The translations under genes and the position numbers were made by a program. Positions 11,618 through 24,250 of a DNA stretch of 64,000 bases are shown here, piece by piece. The DNA is from Mustelus asterias (taxonomy: Eukaryota), in NCBI RefSeq assembly GCF_964213995.1, contig NC_135810.1, forward strand, positions 12,152,001 to 12,216,000. Direction: 5' to 3'. Position 1 is the stretch's first letter. Every line of letters starts with the position of its first letter. A model generated the notes under the pieces. It did not search any database. It saw nothing but the letters and a program-made list of their open reading frames with translations, and was not told the DNA's origin.

Positions 11618-11686
11618 GTTCATCCTGGGATAGGGACTCTTCAGTTGTATCAAAAGAATCTGTTGAATTGCCTGGGATGCATAATG
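11618..11686 (+). CDS. BORA: BORA coding exon 5
   Basis: (C)SSWDRDSSVVSKESVELPGMHN; TTTCAG acceptor, GTTAGT donor; phase 1-1 joins the neighbouring exons. Confidence 0.8.
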
Positions 11687-12408
11687 GTTAGTAGTTTTAA
11701 GTAATCACCGCAAGGCATTCTGCCATTCTATTTATTGCAGTTTAGTGATTTATTTATCCTACTTGAATCTGGAGCAAGTGCCTATCTGAACTAAATTCAT
11801 TTGTTCTGTGGATTTCATAATTTAACTCATGTAATAGATCATCTACTTTACAGAACAATTTAATCCATAGGATGCTGTGTTCCAAAAGTAAAACACTTGT
11901 ACCCTGTATCACTTTAGTTTACTTTCTCACAAATGTTGATGTAATAAACAACTAAGTAGCTGTTTGATCCTGACGTACATTTTGCAAGTAAGGGGATCAC
12001 ATACGTGAGTATCTTTACCAGATTAATGGAGCTTGCCATATTTTGCTTTGATGGGAAGTTTGCATAATATAATTTGGTGCTAACTACTACTTGTGCAGTG
12101 CACGACAATATGAATTTGTAACAAACCAAACTTGCCTGTTCATTTTTTTGTTTTGGATCATGTGTCATTATTCGGTCTTCACTGACACTGCCCTAGGGAA
12201 AAAGATGCCATTTAATAATATTACTGCATACTCGCCCTTGATTTTGAAATAAGAATATTATTTGTTTGAAATTCTATCGGTCACAAATTGTCCTGGTGAT
12301 AAATGTTGTACCCAAATGTTGCTACTCCCTGTACATATGAAATAGTAAACACAATCTATATGAGTCTGAATTATCAAAAAATGTGTTTAAATTCTTGTTT
12401 TTGTGCAG

Positions 12409-12465
12409 CAGCTTGTCAGACCTTGTTGTCATTGCCTGTGGACTTTGATCTGGAAAAAATAATAG
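12409..12465 (+). CDS. BORA: BORA coding exon 6
   Basis: (A)ACQTLLSLPVDFDLEKII(G), nearly identical to human AACQTLLSLPVDFNLENILG. Confidence 0.95.
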
Positions 12466-12599
12466 GTAACGTAGAAAGCATTAATGTACTGTTTGAATGT
12501 AATAATTGAAACGGACAAAATAATGAGCTTGTGTCATACAACACTTTTTACTTTTAGAAGTTGCCTATGCCACTTCTCTCTCCCTCACTAAACAATAAA

Positions 12600-12845
12600 A
12601 TCACCATCAGGACATTTGTCACACTCGCATAGGAAGTCGTTTGTGACTTTGACAAGAGCTGTTTTGGTATTGTGACAGGAACAGAAAGCTGATTCGAGGG
12701 ATTCAAACATGGAGTTCCAGGAAATTTGGGAACGGATCTGGGAGGTGACAGTGCATTGAGGATTTTGGAAAGGAATGGGAGGTTGGAGATGGGACGGCAC
12801 ATTGCAAGGCTGGAGGGGTCAAAGATTGTTTTATTGGGGAGTTTT
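12600..12845 (-). mobile_element. L2 LINE fragment
   Basis: CRPISNLPFLSKIL and HNTKTALVKVTNDFL RT motifs in the minus-strand ORFs. Confidence 0.75.
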
Positions 12846-13885
12846 GCCACTTTAAGAATGTATATTTTTCTCTTTTGGTTCCTCATGGATGAATCTTCCT
12901 TAAGAGTCGTTTGACTTTTGGAATTTTGTCAATCTATTTATTTTAAAAATAAATCACAATGCTTTTGACTCTCTAAGCAGAGCAACCAAAATTGTGCACA
13001 GTGTTCCCCAGTGCTTTATTGATTCAATGTTATTTCCTTGTAATAATTGCCGGAAACCTCTGACCTTGTCTGTGGCTGGGCTTCTCCGGTACCGCTGCAG
13101 TGAATGGAGTTTTGGCTGAGCATCAAATTCTTGCTGGCAGAAGGACGGGAATGAACGAGATGGGAGAATCCCGCCCAATATCTTTTGTAGACCTATAACT
13201 GTCCCCTCTTGACTGGTTTGGTCACATCGCTTGGGGGAATTTAATGCATTATGCACTGGTACACTTAAATCCTTCTGCACTGGACAAATTGAGAGAATCT
13301 CAGAAATATTTGCTGTTCACATTGATGGGCATTTCCTTGCCTTTTCATGAAAGGCACTTGCCATTCGTCTATCATAATATCAACTATCTAATTCATGGAA
13401 TGCACAACTTCTAAACCCTCTGTTTAACTAACAAATTTTAAGATATTTGAAGTTGAACCTCTCTTTTATTAAGTAGACAGAATTCACACAACTATTCTGT
13501 CAAATAGTATGAGAGATGGTATGATGATTAGTGATTATTTTTAAAAATTCAGTACTAATTTTAAAAGGTTAATGTAATAATAGAAAATTTCAACTATCCG
13601 AAACCAGTTTTCAAAATCCAAAGGCTGCAACATGTTTGAGCTCAGATTACTTGTGAGTTAGCATTCCAGGAGTGGGATCTCACTTGATGCTAGTTAACTG
13701 CAGTTTAACCAACTAATTTGGATTTTGTTTGAAGTGTTTTTGGTGTCACTGGGCAATAAGGTATCCATTCCAAAAAACAAGAGCTGTCATCCAGGAAGCA
13801 AGGCAAGGGATGCGTATTCCCAGCCTGTAATATTGCTTCCCAAGATTCAGCAACTCTAGATAATTGCCAGTCCTGTCAGAAATTG

Positions 13886-14906
13886 TGGCCCCGATTCTCG
13901 CATCACGACCCGCAAATTTTCTGGTGGGTCAAGGTGGGAGATGCGGGTCGCTGGCCTTGAACCGGGATTTACGCATGTGCCAGGAGCACATGCGCATCTC
14001 CCAGAGCCAGTGAACAGTCGCTGGTCAGATCACGCTGGAAACCGGCGGGAAGGCGGGTAAGTAATTTAAATATTTTTTAAAATGTATTTTAAATATGTTT
14101 ATTAGTTCACTAGCAGGAGACCCCACCGGAATGAAGGGGGTGGGCAATCAGGGGGCCCCCCAGGGTGTCGGGCGGCAGGCGAGTGGTGTCCCCTGGGCAT
14201 GGGCACCCCGGCAGTGCCAGCCTGTGCCCCCTGGCACTGCCCATGGGGCAAAGTGCCCATGCCCAGCGGGCCCTTGGGCACCTTGGAACTGCCCATCGGG
14301 CATTGAGCAGTGCCAAAGGGCAGGGCCTATTGTGGGCAGGGCCTGGGGTGATCAGTGGGGGTGAGGGATTCTGCTGCCACTCTGCAGACAGGATCGGTCT
14401 GGGGTGAAGGGAGGGCAGCGATTGACGGGGGGGGGTAGTCTGTTGGGGTGTGAGGGGAGGGGGGGGCTGCCACCGGGAGTTGGGGGGGGGAGAGGGGGGA
14501 ATTGCCACTGTTGGGGGTGGGGGGGGGGGGAGGGCTGTACATCAGGCATCAGGGCGCTCTGGGATGGGGGCGGTCAGGGTTAACCCAGAAATTGTTGTGG
14601 GGGGCCGCGATTGGGCCGTGGAGGGGGCTGGAGGGGCAGCACTGCGGGAGTCTTGGGCTGGCCAGCAAATGGGGAGACTGACAGATCGGGGCCATTGTGC
14701 ATGCACAGATTTCCAGAGCTGTCAGACTCCGGTGCGAATGGACCCCGCCACCCCCCCCCCCCCCCCCCCGGTTTTAATGATATTCATGACTGGGACCTCT
14801 GCATTGCTCAGAGTGCGGAGATTCAGATGAGAAGCTGAACTGACAAAACAGTTGGGATTTAGAACAGTTTTCCCGCTGATTCAGCATTTTTGGGAGAATC
14901 GCCCCC
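13886..14906. mobile_element. GC-rich non-autonomous TIR element with long G/C runs
   Basis: Ends GGCCCCGATTCTCGC ... GGGAGAATCGCCCC are imperfect inverted repeats; sharp compositional boundary with the AT-rich intron. Confidence 0.55.
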
Positions 14907-15116
14907 TGTAGTTCTGGTATTTGCAGTGGAGCCACTGTGCAATGCACATGGACACTTGCTGTAAGTTATTGTCACTACAGTGGCCAAGGAGGAAGGGAAG
15001 CCCTGTTTGATTTTCTCAATGTTGCTGCAAGGTAAAATCTGTGCTACAAATATCTTTTTTCTTAGCTGTGCTGCAAATTTTAATATTACACCAATGAAGT
15101 TTATTTCTGTGTTCAG

Positions 15117-15346
15117 GTGAACATTATAAATTGGAAGACCCTGTTGACCAGTCACATGAAAGTTTGAGTGCATCTTCACTTCGAAGGAAACTATTTATCG
15201 ATGGTGAAAGAAGCTACTCTGATAGCTCCTCCCTTCCTTCTCCAGAGCAAAATCCATGTGCTGGCCCTGTTCAATCCCATAGAAATCTAAGCTCATTGGA
15301 GTCTCCTCCATTTCGCTGCAAGAGCCCCACAAAAACTCCCAGTTCT
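15117..15346 (+). CDS. BORA: BORA coding exon 7
   Basis: (G)[29 protein letters not shown]...KSPTKTPSS with the RRKLF cyclin-docking motif; TTCAG acceptor, GTAAGT donor. Confidence 0.95.
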
Positions 15347-15704
15347 GTAAGTACTATATATATAAAACTTCAAATATCATTTTTGGGATCCATGCTGTAG
15401 GTTATAAGGGTAAAGAGCTGGTAGAATGTGAGGTTCTAATGTGTTCTTTTGTAGATAGGTGAGAAGGGTTTTAATGCCTCCAATTCTCCACACAATGTTT
15501 CTGACTTCCGTTGATTTGCGGTAAAACAGCGAAGTGTTTGAATGCAAAATAAGTAAACAGAAGAATGACTAGAATAAGAGACCCATCATGTGGTTCCATT
15601 CCTTTCATCACTCTAGTATTCATACAAAAAGACATTGTACCAAAAATTTGTGGCAAGCCACACAACAGAATGTGATAATGTAAATCCATTGTTGTCAATT
15701 TTAG

Positions 15705-15858
15705 GGGCAATTTTCATCGAGTCCCATTCAAGATGCTGGAAGAGCATGCAGTTTGGGAAGCCTAACAAGCCCCATGTTTCCAGCAATGTCTTGTCCAAAT
15801 TCTGCGTCACCACCTTTGTCTCCGATTGGATTTCAATTTGACAAAATACCAGTTTCAG
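15705..15858 (+). CDS. BORA: BORA coding exon 8
   Basis: [23 protein letters not shown]...[15 protein letters not shown], containing the SSSP Plk1 polo-box docking site. Confidence 0.93.
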
Positions 15859-16247
15859 GTTTGAACTTAATCTTTTTTTAGAATTTAAAAATGGTATTTT
15901 TTCTGTTTTAAATGTTGACTTGTATTAAATGGAGAATTTGAGGCTTGATATTTGCTTTGGATTACTTCTTTCCCCTCTCCTCCCACATAAGGTTAACCAC
16001 ATTAAATCTATCTTGTACCTGGGTATGATCGTTCTCTAAGGACCTTGCAGCTTGGTGCTTATTTATGACACTACTTCTCTTGACATGAATTAATCTGACA
16101 TGAAACAAGCCAGATTGCTAAAACAGGCTGGTAAAAGCCTCAAAAATCTCCTGTCTTTACATTCATTATTAAGACATTGGTCGAATCAGAGCTATTGCTG
16201 TTATCATTACTGCAGCATTCAATGGTTATTTTTATCTCCTTGCTTGC

Positions 16248-17390
16248 TTTTATGATCTTGCTTGAGATCAGTAAAGTTTTTTTTGGAAACCCACTCAAAT
16301 ATCCACAAAGATTGAAACCATAAGTTCACTGTTTCAAACAAAATAATTTTACTCCAAAAATCAAAGAACATTAATACAAATAGTTACACTCTTTCTTTAA
16401 ATAATCAGTTCTTAAAAGATTTTAAGACGTACAATGAACACAGGTTATACTCTAAACCAAACTTCTTCACTTAAATTACTTTCTATACCCATCTGATTTA
16501 CACCTTGAAAAAACTCAAACCAGATACTTATCATAAATTGGGAGATTAAGCACTTGGTCTGAATACTGCTTCAAAGATTTGTATAAAGGTTAGGATTTCT
16601 GGGCCTTGTGCTTGCTTCCAATAAGATTGTCCATTCAAACTTCCTCTAACTGTCCCACATTTGTAGACTTTCGGTTCCATATAGTGTTTTAAATTTAACC
16701 ACCTCTGGTCAGAACTCCCAATCTTCCTTAACCCTGAAATCTTGTATCTAGGAGCTCTCTCTCTCTCTCTCTTTCTCTTCTCAGCTATCCCAGAAGTCTA
16801 ACTCATGGTTAGTAGATGCCTTCAGTTATCAAAGAATTTAAACACTTTTAGCCAGCATGCAGAATTTCAACTGAATTTGGTGTTAAAGAAATGTTCCCTT
16901 CAGCCAGCTTGAACTGCTTGAAAATCAGACCCAAACTTGGGAATCTCTTCCACCACTAATCATCTTTTTGTTTACCCTCTTTTTCTCTATTCTTTATCTC
17001 CCAGCAACTTTGTCATATGAACAGTTATTGGAAGCAGGTTATCTTTTACAAGAAATCATCTTCCAGAGAAACTTAGTTCTCAGTGGAACCCCATTCCAAC
17101 ACTAAATATAAGTTTTCTCTGAACTGCACGGACCATCACATCACATATTAAAAGAAAAATTATGGGATAAACGTTCATGACTATTCTGAGCACAAATACC
17201 ACTTGATGAATGTATAACTTGGAGAATTTTGAGGTTTGGCTACAATATGAAATTTCAAATATGTAGCTGACTGTCCATTCTTTGAACACTGACCACCTGT
17301 TTGAATTTGCCGGAGCTCCATAATGCTCCATTATTCTTTGAGAAACACCTTTCTTCCAATTAACGTCTCTTCATAGTAGTCTCATATTTT
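16248..17390 (-). mobile_element. Possible degenerate LTR-like insertion containing a (TC)n microsatellite at ~16755-16780
   Basis: Compositionally distinct block starting TTATGATC and ending TCTCATA; no coding similarity; boundaries uncertain. Confidence 0.25.
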
Positions 17391-17464
17391 GCTTCAATAT
17401 TCTGATAACTTTATTTGGAAAAGTCTATTCTTTGCATAATCTCTCTTTTGTTTTCTTTATACAG

Positions 17465-17997
17465 AAGAAAGGGACTTTACTTTCATGTCTCCTGTTGCTC
17501 CTTCTGCAGCAAACTTGGATGGGAATTTTGACCACTATACAGAATCTCCTTTAATAGAAGGATGTTCGCCAATTAAAACATACCCTCCTATGAATCTCAG
17601 ACTTTGTCACACTTCTCCGCAAAAGTTAACTCTGCAGCACGAACACAAAATTGAGGATAGACCCCGTTCTCCATCTCAAGCTAACTTGTATCCCGAAATG
17701 GATGCAGAAGTGTTCTCTCTATATCTAGGAACAGAAAGTGAAACAAATTGCATTCCACGACACAATCTCTCAGAAGCCAATGAAAATATGCTTCAGGATG
17801 GGAATGAGCACCACACTGTTGATATGGCTGACTTAGGAACAATTGACGGGGATGAAAGCACTTGGGTGAAGGAAACGGAAACCAACATTAGTATTCCAAT
17901 GAGTAGCTCAATAACTGGAAATGTGGATAGCCCTCGTATGTATATGTCACCTCTTGCAGAGAGCAGCGCTATTCCTCCTGAGAGCATTAGTATGCAG
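17465..17997 (+). CDS. BORA: BORA coding exon 9
   Basis: (E)ERDFTFMSP...SPLIEGCSPIK...TVDMAD...MYMSPLAESSAIPPESISMQ; matches the human motifs GCSPIK and MSPLAESS. Confidence 0.95.
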
Positions 17998-18115
17998 GTA
18001 AGGATCATGTTTGAGCAATTATAATTAAACTATCACTCCTATTGATTCTGAAGAAGTAAATAAGAAGTTTTGTTTTGCGATTTTTGACTGCATAAAATTA
18101 CCACCAATTACATAG

Positions 18116-18470
18116 GGGAGATGATGGCCTAGTCATATTATCACTCGACTATTAATCCAGAAACTCAACTAATATTCTGGGGACCCAGGTTCGAATCCCA
18201 CTACGGCAGATGGTGGAATTTGAATTCAATAAAAAATAACTGGAAATAAGAATCAACTGATGACCACGAAACCATTGTCGATTATCAGGAAAGCCCATTT
18301 GGTTCACTAATATCCTTTAGGGAAGGAAATCTGCCATCCTTACCTGGTCTGGCCTACATGTGACTCCAGAGCCATGTAGTTGATTCTTAACTGTCCTCCA
18401 AGGGCAACTAGGGACAGACAATAAATGCTGGCCAGCCAGTGATGCCCATGTCCCATGAATGAATAAAGAT
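18116..18470 (+). mobile_element. tRNA-derived SINE whose 3' tail matches the LINE at 55480-56960
   Basis: Box A-like TGGCCTAGTCATATT, box B GGTTCGAATCCC; tail CAAGGGCAACTAGGGACAGACAATAAATGCTGGCCAGCCAGTGATGCCCATGTCCCATGAATGAATAAA. Confidence 0.75.
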
Positions 18471-18578
18471 ATATATAGAATATGGTTTAGTTGCACATTA
18501 TTATTTAATTTTCAGTATGAGTGTTAATGCATGTGTCATGTTTTTATCATTGTTTGTATTGACTTTTTAAATTAATAG

Positions 18579-18725
18579 GCTGATAGTGGTTATAATACAC
18601 AAACCACTTCTGCGAGTAGCTTAATGGATGCTATTGGAACAGATAGCCAGCTTGGCAAAGAGAATTTGGAACTGCGAACTCTAGCTGGAACTTTACCTCC
18701 AAATAAGCTTAATTTAAAATCTAAG
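18579..18725 (+). CDS. BORA: BORA coding exon 10
   Basis: [20 protein letters not shown]...KSK with the DSGYNT beta-TrCP phosphodegron; TAG acceptor, GTAATG donor. Confidence 0.95.
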
Positions 18726-18731
18726 GTAATG

Positions 18732-19430
18732 CCCTCAAGCCTACTCTACCATTGAGTAAGAATGTCTGATTTGATTGTGGTCTCAACTTCACTTTCTACC
18801 ATCCCCTCCATAACTTTCAACCTGCTTGTATATCAAAAATCTACCTAACTCAGCCTTGAATATATTCAATGACCCAGGCATCACTGCTTTCTGGGGAAGA
18901 GAATTTCAAATACTAATGACGTCCCAATAGAGAAAAATTCTCCTTCCCTTTTTTAAGGGAAACTTCATTCTTAAACTGTGTCCCTGGATCTAATCTCCCT
19001 CCCAAATAGAAACAACCTCCTCATATCTACCCTATCAAGTCCTCTCAGGTTCTTGTATGTTTCAACAAGATCACTTATTCTTCTAAACTCCAATGGGTAT
19101 AGATAGGCCCAACTTGTTCAACATTTCTTCCTAACATAAGCCCTTCATCCCAGGAATGAGTCTAGTAAACCTTCTCTGAACTGCTTCAAACACAATTATA
19201 TATTTTTTCAAATAAAGAGATCAAAACTGTGCACGGTATTCCAGATGTGGTCTCATTGATGCCCTGTACAGCTGCAGTAAAATTTCCCTATTTTCATATT
19301 GCATCCCCCTTGCAATAAACACTACCATTTAATTTGTTTTCCTAATCATTTGCTGTATGTGCATACTAATTTTTTTGTGATTCATGTACCCAATCCCTCT
19401 GTACTCACCGAGTTTTCTCTATTTAAATAA
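18732..19430 (-). mobile_element. CR1 LINE 3' fragment
   Basis: CR1 3' signatures such as CAGCCTTGAATATATTCAATGACCCAG and CTTCTCTGAACTGCTTC on the plus strand. Confidence 0.7.
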
Positions 19431-20399
19431 TATACTGCTTTTCTATTCTAAAACTTTTGAATTCCATTCTTGGATCTGTTTCCTCTACATCTACTTCTCT
19501 CCCATTTACCTTGATTTGTCACTATTTCTGGTAATCTAAGATGTGCCATTGTTTGATGGGGTGGTTTGGAAGAGAGACAGTATTTACATCTGACAGTCAA
19601 TGTTGCAGTGAATGAGGTTAACTACTTTAACTTGGTATTCTATCCCAGTGGTTCATTGGACTTGCTGGCCACCTCCTCATCAACCAGGTTTAGAACATTT
19701 AGAACACCCACAGAAATCTAATATAGTACATTAACATATTTTCAATTCCCTAATGAGTTTCTACCGTTCCCTGTAGTCAAAAAGGTCAGTGATAGGCCAG
19801 TGTCTTAACATAAAATGCTAAATGAATAAAGGGCATTTCCATTTCACTGTTTAGCCATCCAAAGGGCAAAGTAAAGATCATTTCACCTTTTTTACAGTTG
19901 CTTTTTGGAACATCTCTCTGAGTATAGATTGATAGCATTTTGCAGGAGTAACATGAAGCAACTCACGCACATTTTCTAAACTCAAATCATCAGTCTGGTG
20001 ACCGCACAGAATGTTTACCAGAGATAACTTGGCAGATGACAAGAATGTATTTTGGGAGTTCCCTTTCTAACTTGTGTCGCTTTAGCATGCTCTTACACAT
20101 GTTGAAAATACGGAATGAGAAAAATATAGATTATCTTGCACATGTCCTCTGATGACAACATTCTTTGATCACCATCATCATCACACAGCCTTTCCCGTAG
20201 GTCCTACAGAACATCAAAGCATCTAAAATTTGAGGAATTTCAAGTAGTTGGTTCCTGATGCTTGTGTCAAAATGCAGACATGACAAGCAAACTCAAACTT
20301 TAGTGGCTAAGCATTCATTCCTAAGGAATACACAAAAGGAATCCAAACTCTTGTGTGTGATTTTGATTGAAGAATGAAACCAAACCTACCAGGCTAGAT

Positions 20400-21290
20400 C
20401 ATTTAACATGACACAGCAATAGCAGCCTATTACTTCCAGCTATACCTTTGCATAAATGACTTTGACTCAAGAATTGGAAGTACAATTTCAAAATTAGCAG
20501 ACGACACCTAATTGTGAGTGTAGTTAATAAAATGGACGACTGCAAAAAATACAGGAAGACAAATTAATAAACTTGCAGAATGTGCATACTTGGCCAATGA
20601 GTGACTATATCAATGTGTTTTGATTGGAAGAATGAGCAGGCTGCATATTTCTCGGAAATAAGTGTCTAAATGAGACAGAGGTATGGGCCACTGATCATTA
20701 AAAATAGTGAAAGGGCTTACTGCAGCCCTGAGAACAAAAGCAAATAAAGCATTGGAGTTCATTTCTAGAAGAATAGAATTGAAAAGCAAAGAAATTATTT
20801 TAATCCTTGGTCACACCATACTTGGGTTACTGCAAACCATTCTGACCTCCATATTATAAATAGGATATACAGGCACTGGAGAAAGTGTGAAACCGGAACA
20901 GAGAGGTTAGCCGGAATTTTACCGCCTCGCCCACCCTAGAATCGGGGCGGGCGAGGCTTGCAGAACAGCATTCTCCGTTGGCCTCGGATGGGATCTTACA
21001 AGCCTTGGGTGGGTGAGGCGGTAAAATTCTGGCAGTTAAGTCTGTGTGAAACATTGAAGAGGCTGGGGCTCTATTCTCCAGAAATATGAGGTCTGAGAAG
21101 TAACCTGATAGTTATTTTGATCAGGTTAATATGGAGGAAGTGTTTCAACTTGTAAGGGAGACACATTGAAGGGAAAGATGAATATGTACTTGAGAAAAGA
21201 ATAGAAGGATGTGTAAATGGGGTTATCTTTGGAAGGGTGGGTTGATGTATAAATATGGACCTGTTGGGCCTGTTTCTGTTGTGTAATGTA
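20400..21290 (+). mobile_element. Degenerate CR1 LINE with a ~125-bp TIR element inserted at 20910-21035
   Basis: ISKLADDT-like motif (ATTTCAAAATTAGCAGACGACACC); inserted element has TIRs GCCGGAATTTTACCGCCTCGCCCACC / GGTGGGTGAGGCGGTAAAATTCTGGC and GTTA on both sides. Confidence 0.7.
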
Positions 21291-21410
21291 TGAAAGGCAA
21301 TGTATTGTCTGCGAATCAACTTATCCATTTTGTTATCAAAAGAACATTCGTTCCTAATCAGAATTGGCTTTTTTGGGGGGGAAAAATAACGTGCATTTCT
21401 TTACTTCCAG

Positions 21411-21603
21411 GATTTCCTTTGTTCGGAGTGTAAAGAGAACAAAGAAGCATTGGGAATGAACTCAGCTTCTCGTTTAAATAAGCCTTTTCACAACAGTAGG
21501 CCGCGTTCAACGCACAACGTGGTGCTAAGCCAGAACATATGCTACCTGAATGCTTGGAAGAATCCCTGTGAACAAACACTGAATAGAATGTTTACAAAGA
21601 ATG
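21411..21603 (+). CDS. BORA: Probable BORA coding exon 11 (reads through to TAG at 21615-21617 if unspliced)
   Basis: Strong acceptor TTTCTTTACTTCCAG, phase 0, 64 open codons ([18 protein letters not shown]...RMFTKN), donor G|GTATGG; no recognisable human homology. Confidence 0.6.
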
Positions 21604-23059
21604 GTATGGAATCCTAGTAGAAGCCATCTTAGTAGCTGCAAACTGTAAAGAGAATATGAAATTGCAAGGTGCTGGGCTATAGCTAATCTGTTAATCGAGG
21701 CTACTATTTAGAAAATAAGGAGATTGCGCACAAGTTCTGGAAAGTTCTACTTGTTGCCTTCACAAGCACTGATTAATATTGAATTGGAATTGGCTTCAAT
21801 GCAAATGGCCATGTCACCCCTACATACATGAACCCAGTTTATGATTTCAAAGTTTAGAATTGCCTGCTGCTACGTGTGATGTAGTATGAAATGTAAAACT
21901 TTGTTCTTTATCGGCTTTCTTTAATCATGCAGGCTCGTGTTATATTAGGATTCAGGAGAAAAATTGTCTTGCCTCTGTAAAACTCCATATGAGATCAGAA
22001 CATCATAATACATTATCAACCTATCCTGAGTCATGGTCATTTCAGTACAGAAGGTGGCCAGTTGGTCCATCATGCTTGTGTTGGTGTTGGCTCCTTGTCA
22101 ATAATACCCAGTTTAATCTTATTTCTGTATTCTTTTTCCAGACTTAATATTATTCTTCATATTTTTCTAATTCTCTCTTAAATGCTGTGTTTGACCTGAC
22201 TTCAGTAGCCCCTTGTGGCAAAACATCTAACATTCTAATGCCCTTTTGCTTATTTGGAAAATATTCTTTAAAGTTCTATTCTTCTGATACAAATAGTAAA
22301 TTTATACCAAGTCACCAATAAGTTCTTCCTGCACCTTTATGACAAGTACAATATTACTGGAGGAGAGAATGAAGTGAGTAATATCTGAGTTTGCTGAGTT
22401 CATTCTCAGTGTGAGACATTGTCCTGTTTCCAATTTGTTCATTTGGATTCCTCTGTTAATTTGGCTTCAGATGCAGCAAAATAATTCAGTTATGGTCGTG
22501 CTTAAGATGTTTGTATCAAAATTCATAGAAACAATAACAATCGGCAGTAGGATACTGGTTTATGGGTATGAATAGTTTGTCTTTTGGACTTGGTTAAATA
22601 CTGTGATCACCATCAATCAGGTTGCATTGATTATCCACATGTTTGCAATTCTGTTCTCTGTAGCATTAGCATTATGCAAGAGGCTATTTTCTTTAACCTA
22701 GCTTTACTTGTGATAAATTGTCTGAAGTATAAAAAATGCATTGTGGTGTAAATTGGACCAAAATTCCTTTATCTATGCATGGTGACTGATCAGCATGTGC
22801 TGAATAATCATAAGCAAACCCATTAGGATTTCTGTCCTTTTACGTTCAAATAGTGGGTCAAACCAGCAAGTAGTGGGTCAAACACATGTAACATTTGCCA
22901 CTGTCAATGTTGCTTCATGCTGGATTGTAATAATACTTAATGCAATGAAAACAAATAATTTCATTGCTCTGACGACCATATATATCTTGCGGGCTAGTTT
23001 TTATTTAAAATCTAATATTTGTATTGTACTTTTGGCATTGGAAAATGTCCCTAGCATTA

Positions 23060-23845
23060 GAAAGTAGGAGAAGGATATGAATGGTATTAATGTAAAGGAT
23101 GGGACTGGCCAGAAGAGCTTTAGAATAATCAAATTAAGGTATCAAAAGTTATAGATGAATGCTTCAGTAGTAGATAAGTGAGACAGGCAATATTATAAAG
23201 GTGAAAGTAGGCGGAACCTTTGGTGGAGAACGCAGGGTTGGAAATGGAATCAGTTAGCTTAGTTATGAAGTTTGATATTGAGGTCACGGTTGATGGCTTC
23301 AATCCTTCTGATAGTTAACTGGAGGAAATTGCTGCCTATGCAGGACCTGATGTCAGGCAAACAGTCTGACAACACAGAGGCAATAGAGGGGCTAGTGAGA
23401 TATATAGGAATTCGTCCAGGACAAGTCCCTGGTGTCAGACGAGCAATAGAGGGGTTAGTGAGATGTATGGAATGGGAATTCGTCCAGGACAAGTCCCTGG
23501 TGGACTCCAAAGGTAATGGTGCTGCGATGGAAAGAGGAGCCATTGATGGAGATGCTTTAGCTATGATTGGGCAGGTGAGAGTGGAGCCAAGCACAGGTAA
23601 ATCTATTTGGACAATCAATGGAGGAGAGGTTGGAGGAGGAGGAAAGGCTACGGCGAAGATGAGATGGGAGAAATAATGTACCACAGCCACAGAGCACATA
23701 ATTTGTGATTTAGGTTGGGGGCCATTTTATTGTTGTGGCAGGGGAGAACGCTGATTAGAAACATTCAAATGTGGGACTATGGAGCAGATGGACAACACAT
23801 TGAAGGAATTTGCAAATGAAAGGAAGCTTAGAACTGGGACAATGG
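23060..23845 (-). mobile_element. Degenerate L2-like LINE fragment with an internal ~50-bp direct duplication (23383-23500)
   Basis: LSDCLPDIRSCIGSNFLQL, an L2-type LSACLxDIxxWMxxNFLQL motif; repeated GCAATAGAGGGG...GGAATTCGTCCAGGACAAGTCCCTGGT. Confidence 0.6.
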
Positions 23846-24250
23846 CTTGCAAATTTTTTTTATTCATTCATGGGATGTGGATGTCACTGGTCAGTGACCA
23901 GCATTTATTGTCCATCACTAATTGTCCTCGAGATAGTGGTATTGTTGCCGCCGCCTTGAACCAAAAAGGTTGAAGAAACACCTACAATGCTGTTAGGGAA
24001 TTCCAGGATTTTGATCTGATGACAGTAAAGGAAAAGCAATATATTTCCAAGTGAGGATGGTGAGGAGCTTGGAGGGGAATTTGCAGGTGGTGGTTTTCCC
24101 ATGCACCTGCTGTCCTTGTTCTTAGCTAGACATCAAGGTGCTGTCGAAGGAGCCTTGGCGAGTTTTTGTAGTGCATCTTGTAGGTGGTACACACTTCTGC
24201 CACTGTGCATCAGGGTGGATGGGGTGCCAATCACCCTGCTTTGTTTGAAT
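23845..24250 (-). mobile_element. 3' fragment of the same LINE family as 1-2140
   Basis: Shared tail TTATTCATTCATGGGATGTGGATGTCACTGG and body homology with positions 15-400. Confidence 0.7.

Noticed and set aside
14095-14838. Cluster of overlapping Gly/Pro-rich ORFs
   Set aside because: Stop-poor GC-rich repeat, open in several frames on both strands, with no domain similarity
23259-23699. Overlapping 146-aa and 134-aa ORFs
   Set aside because: They derive from a decayed L2 fragment with an internal duplication
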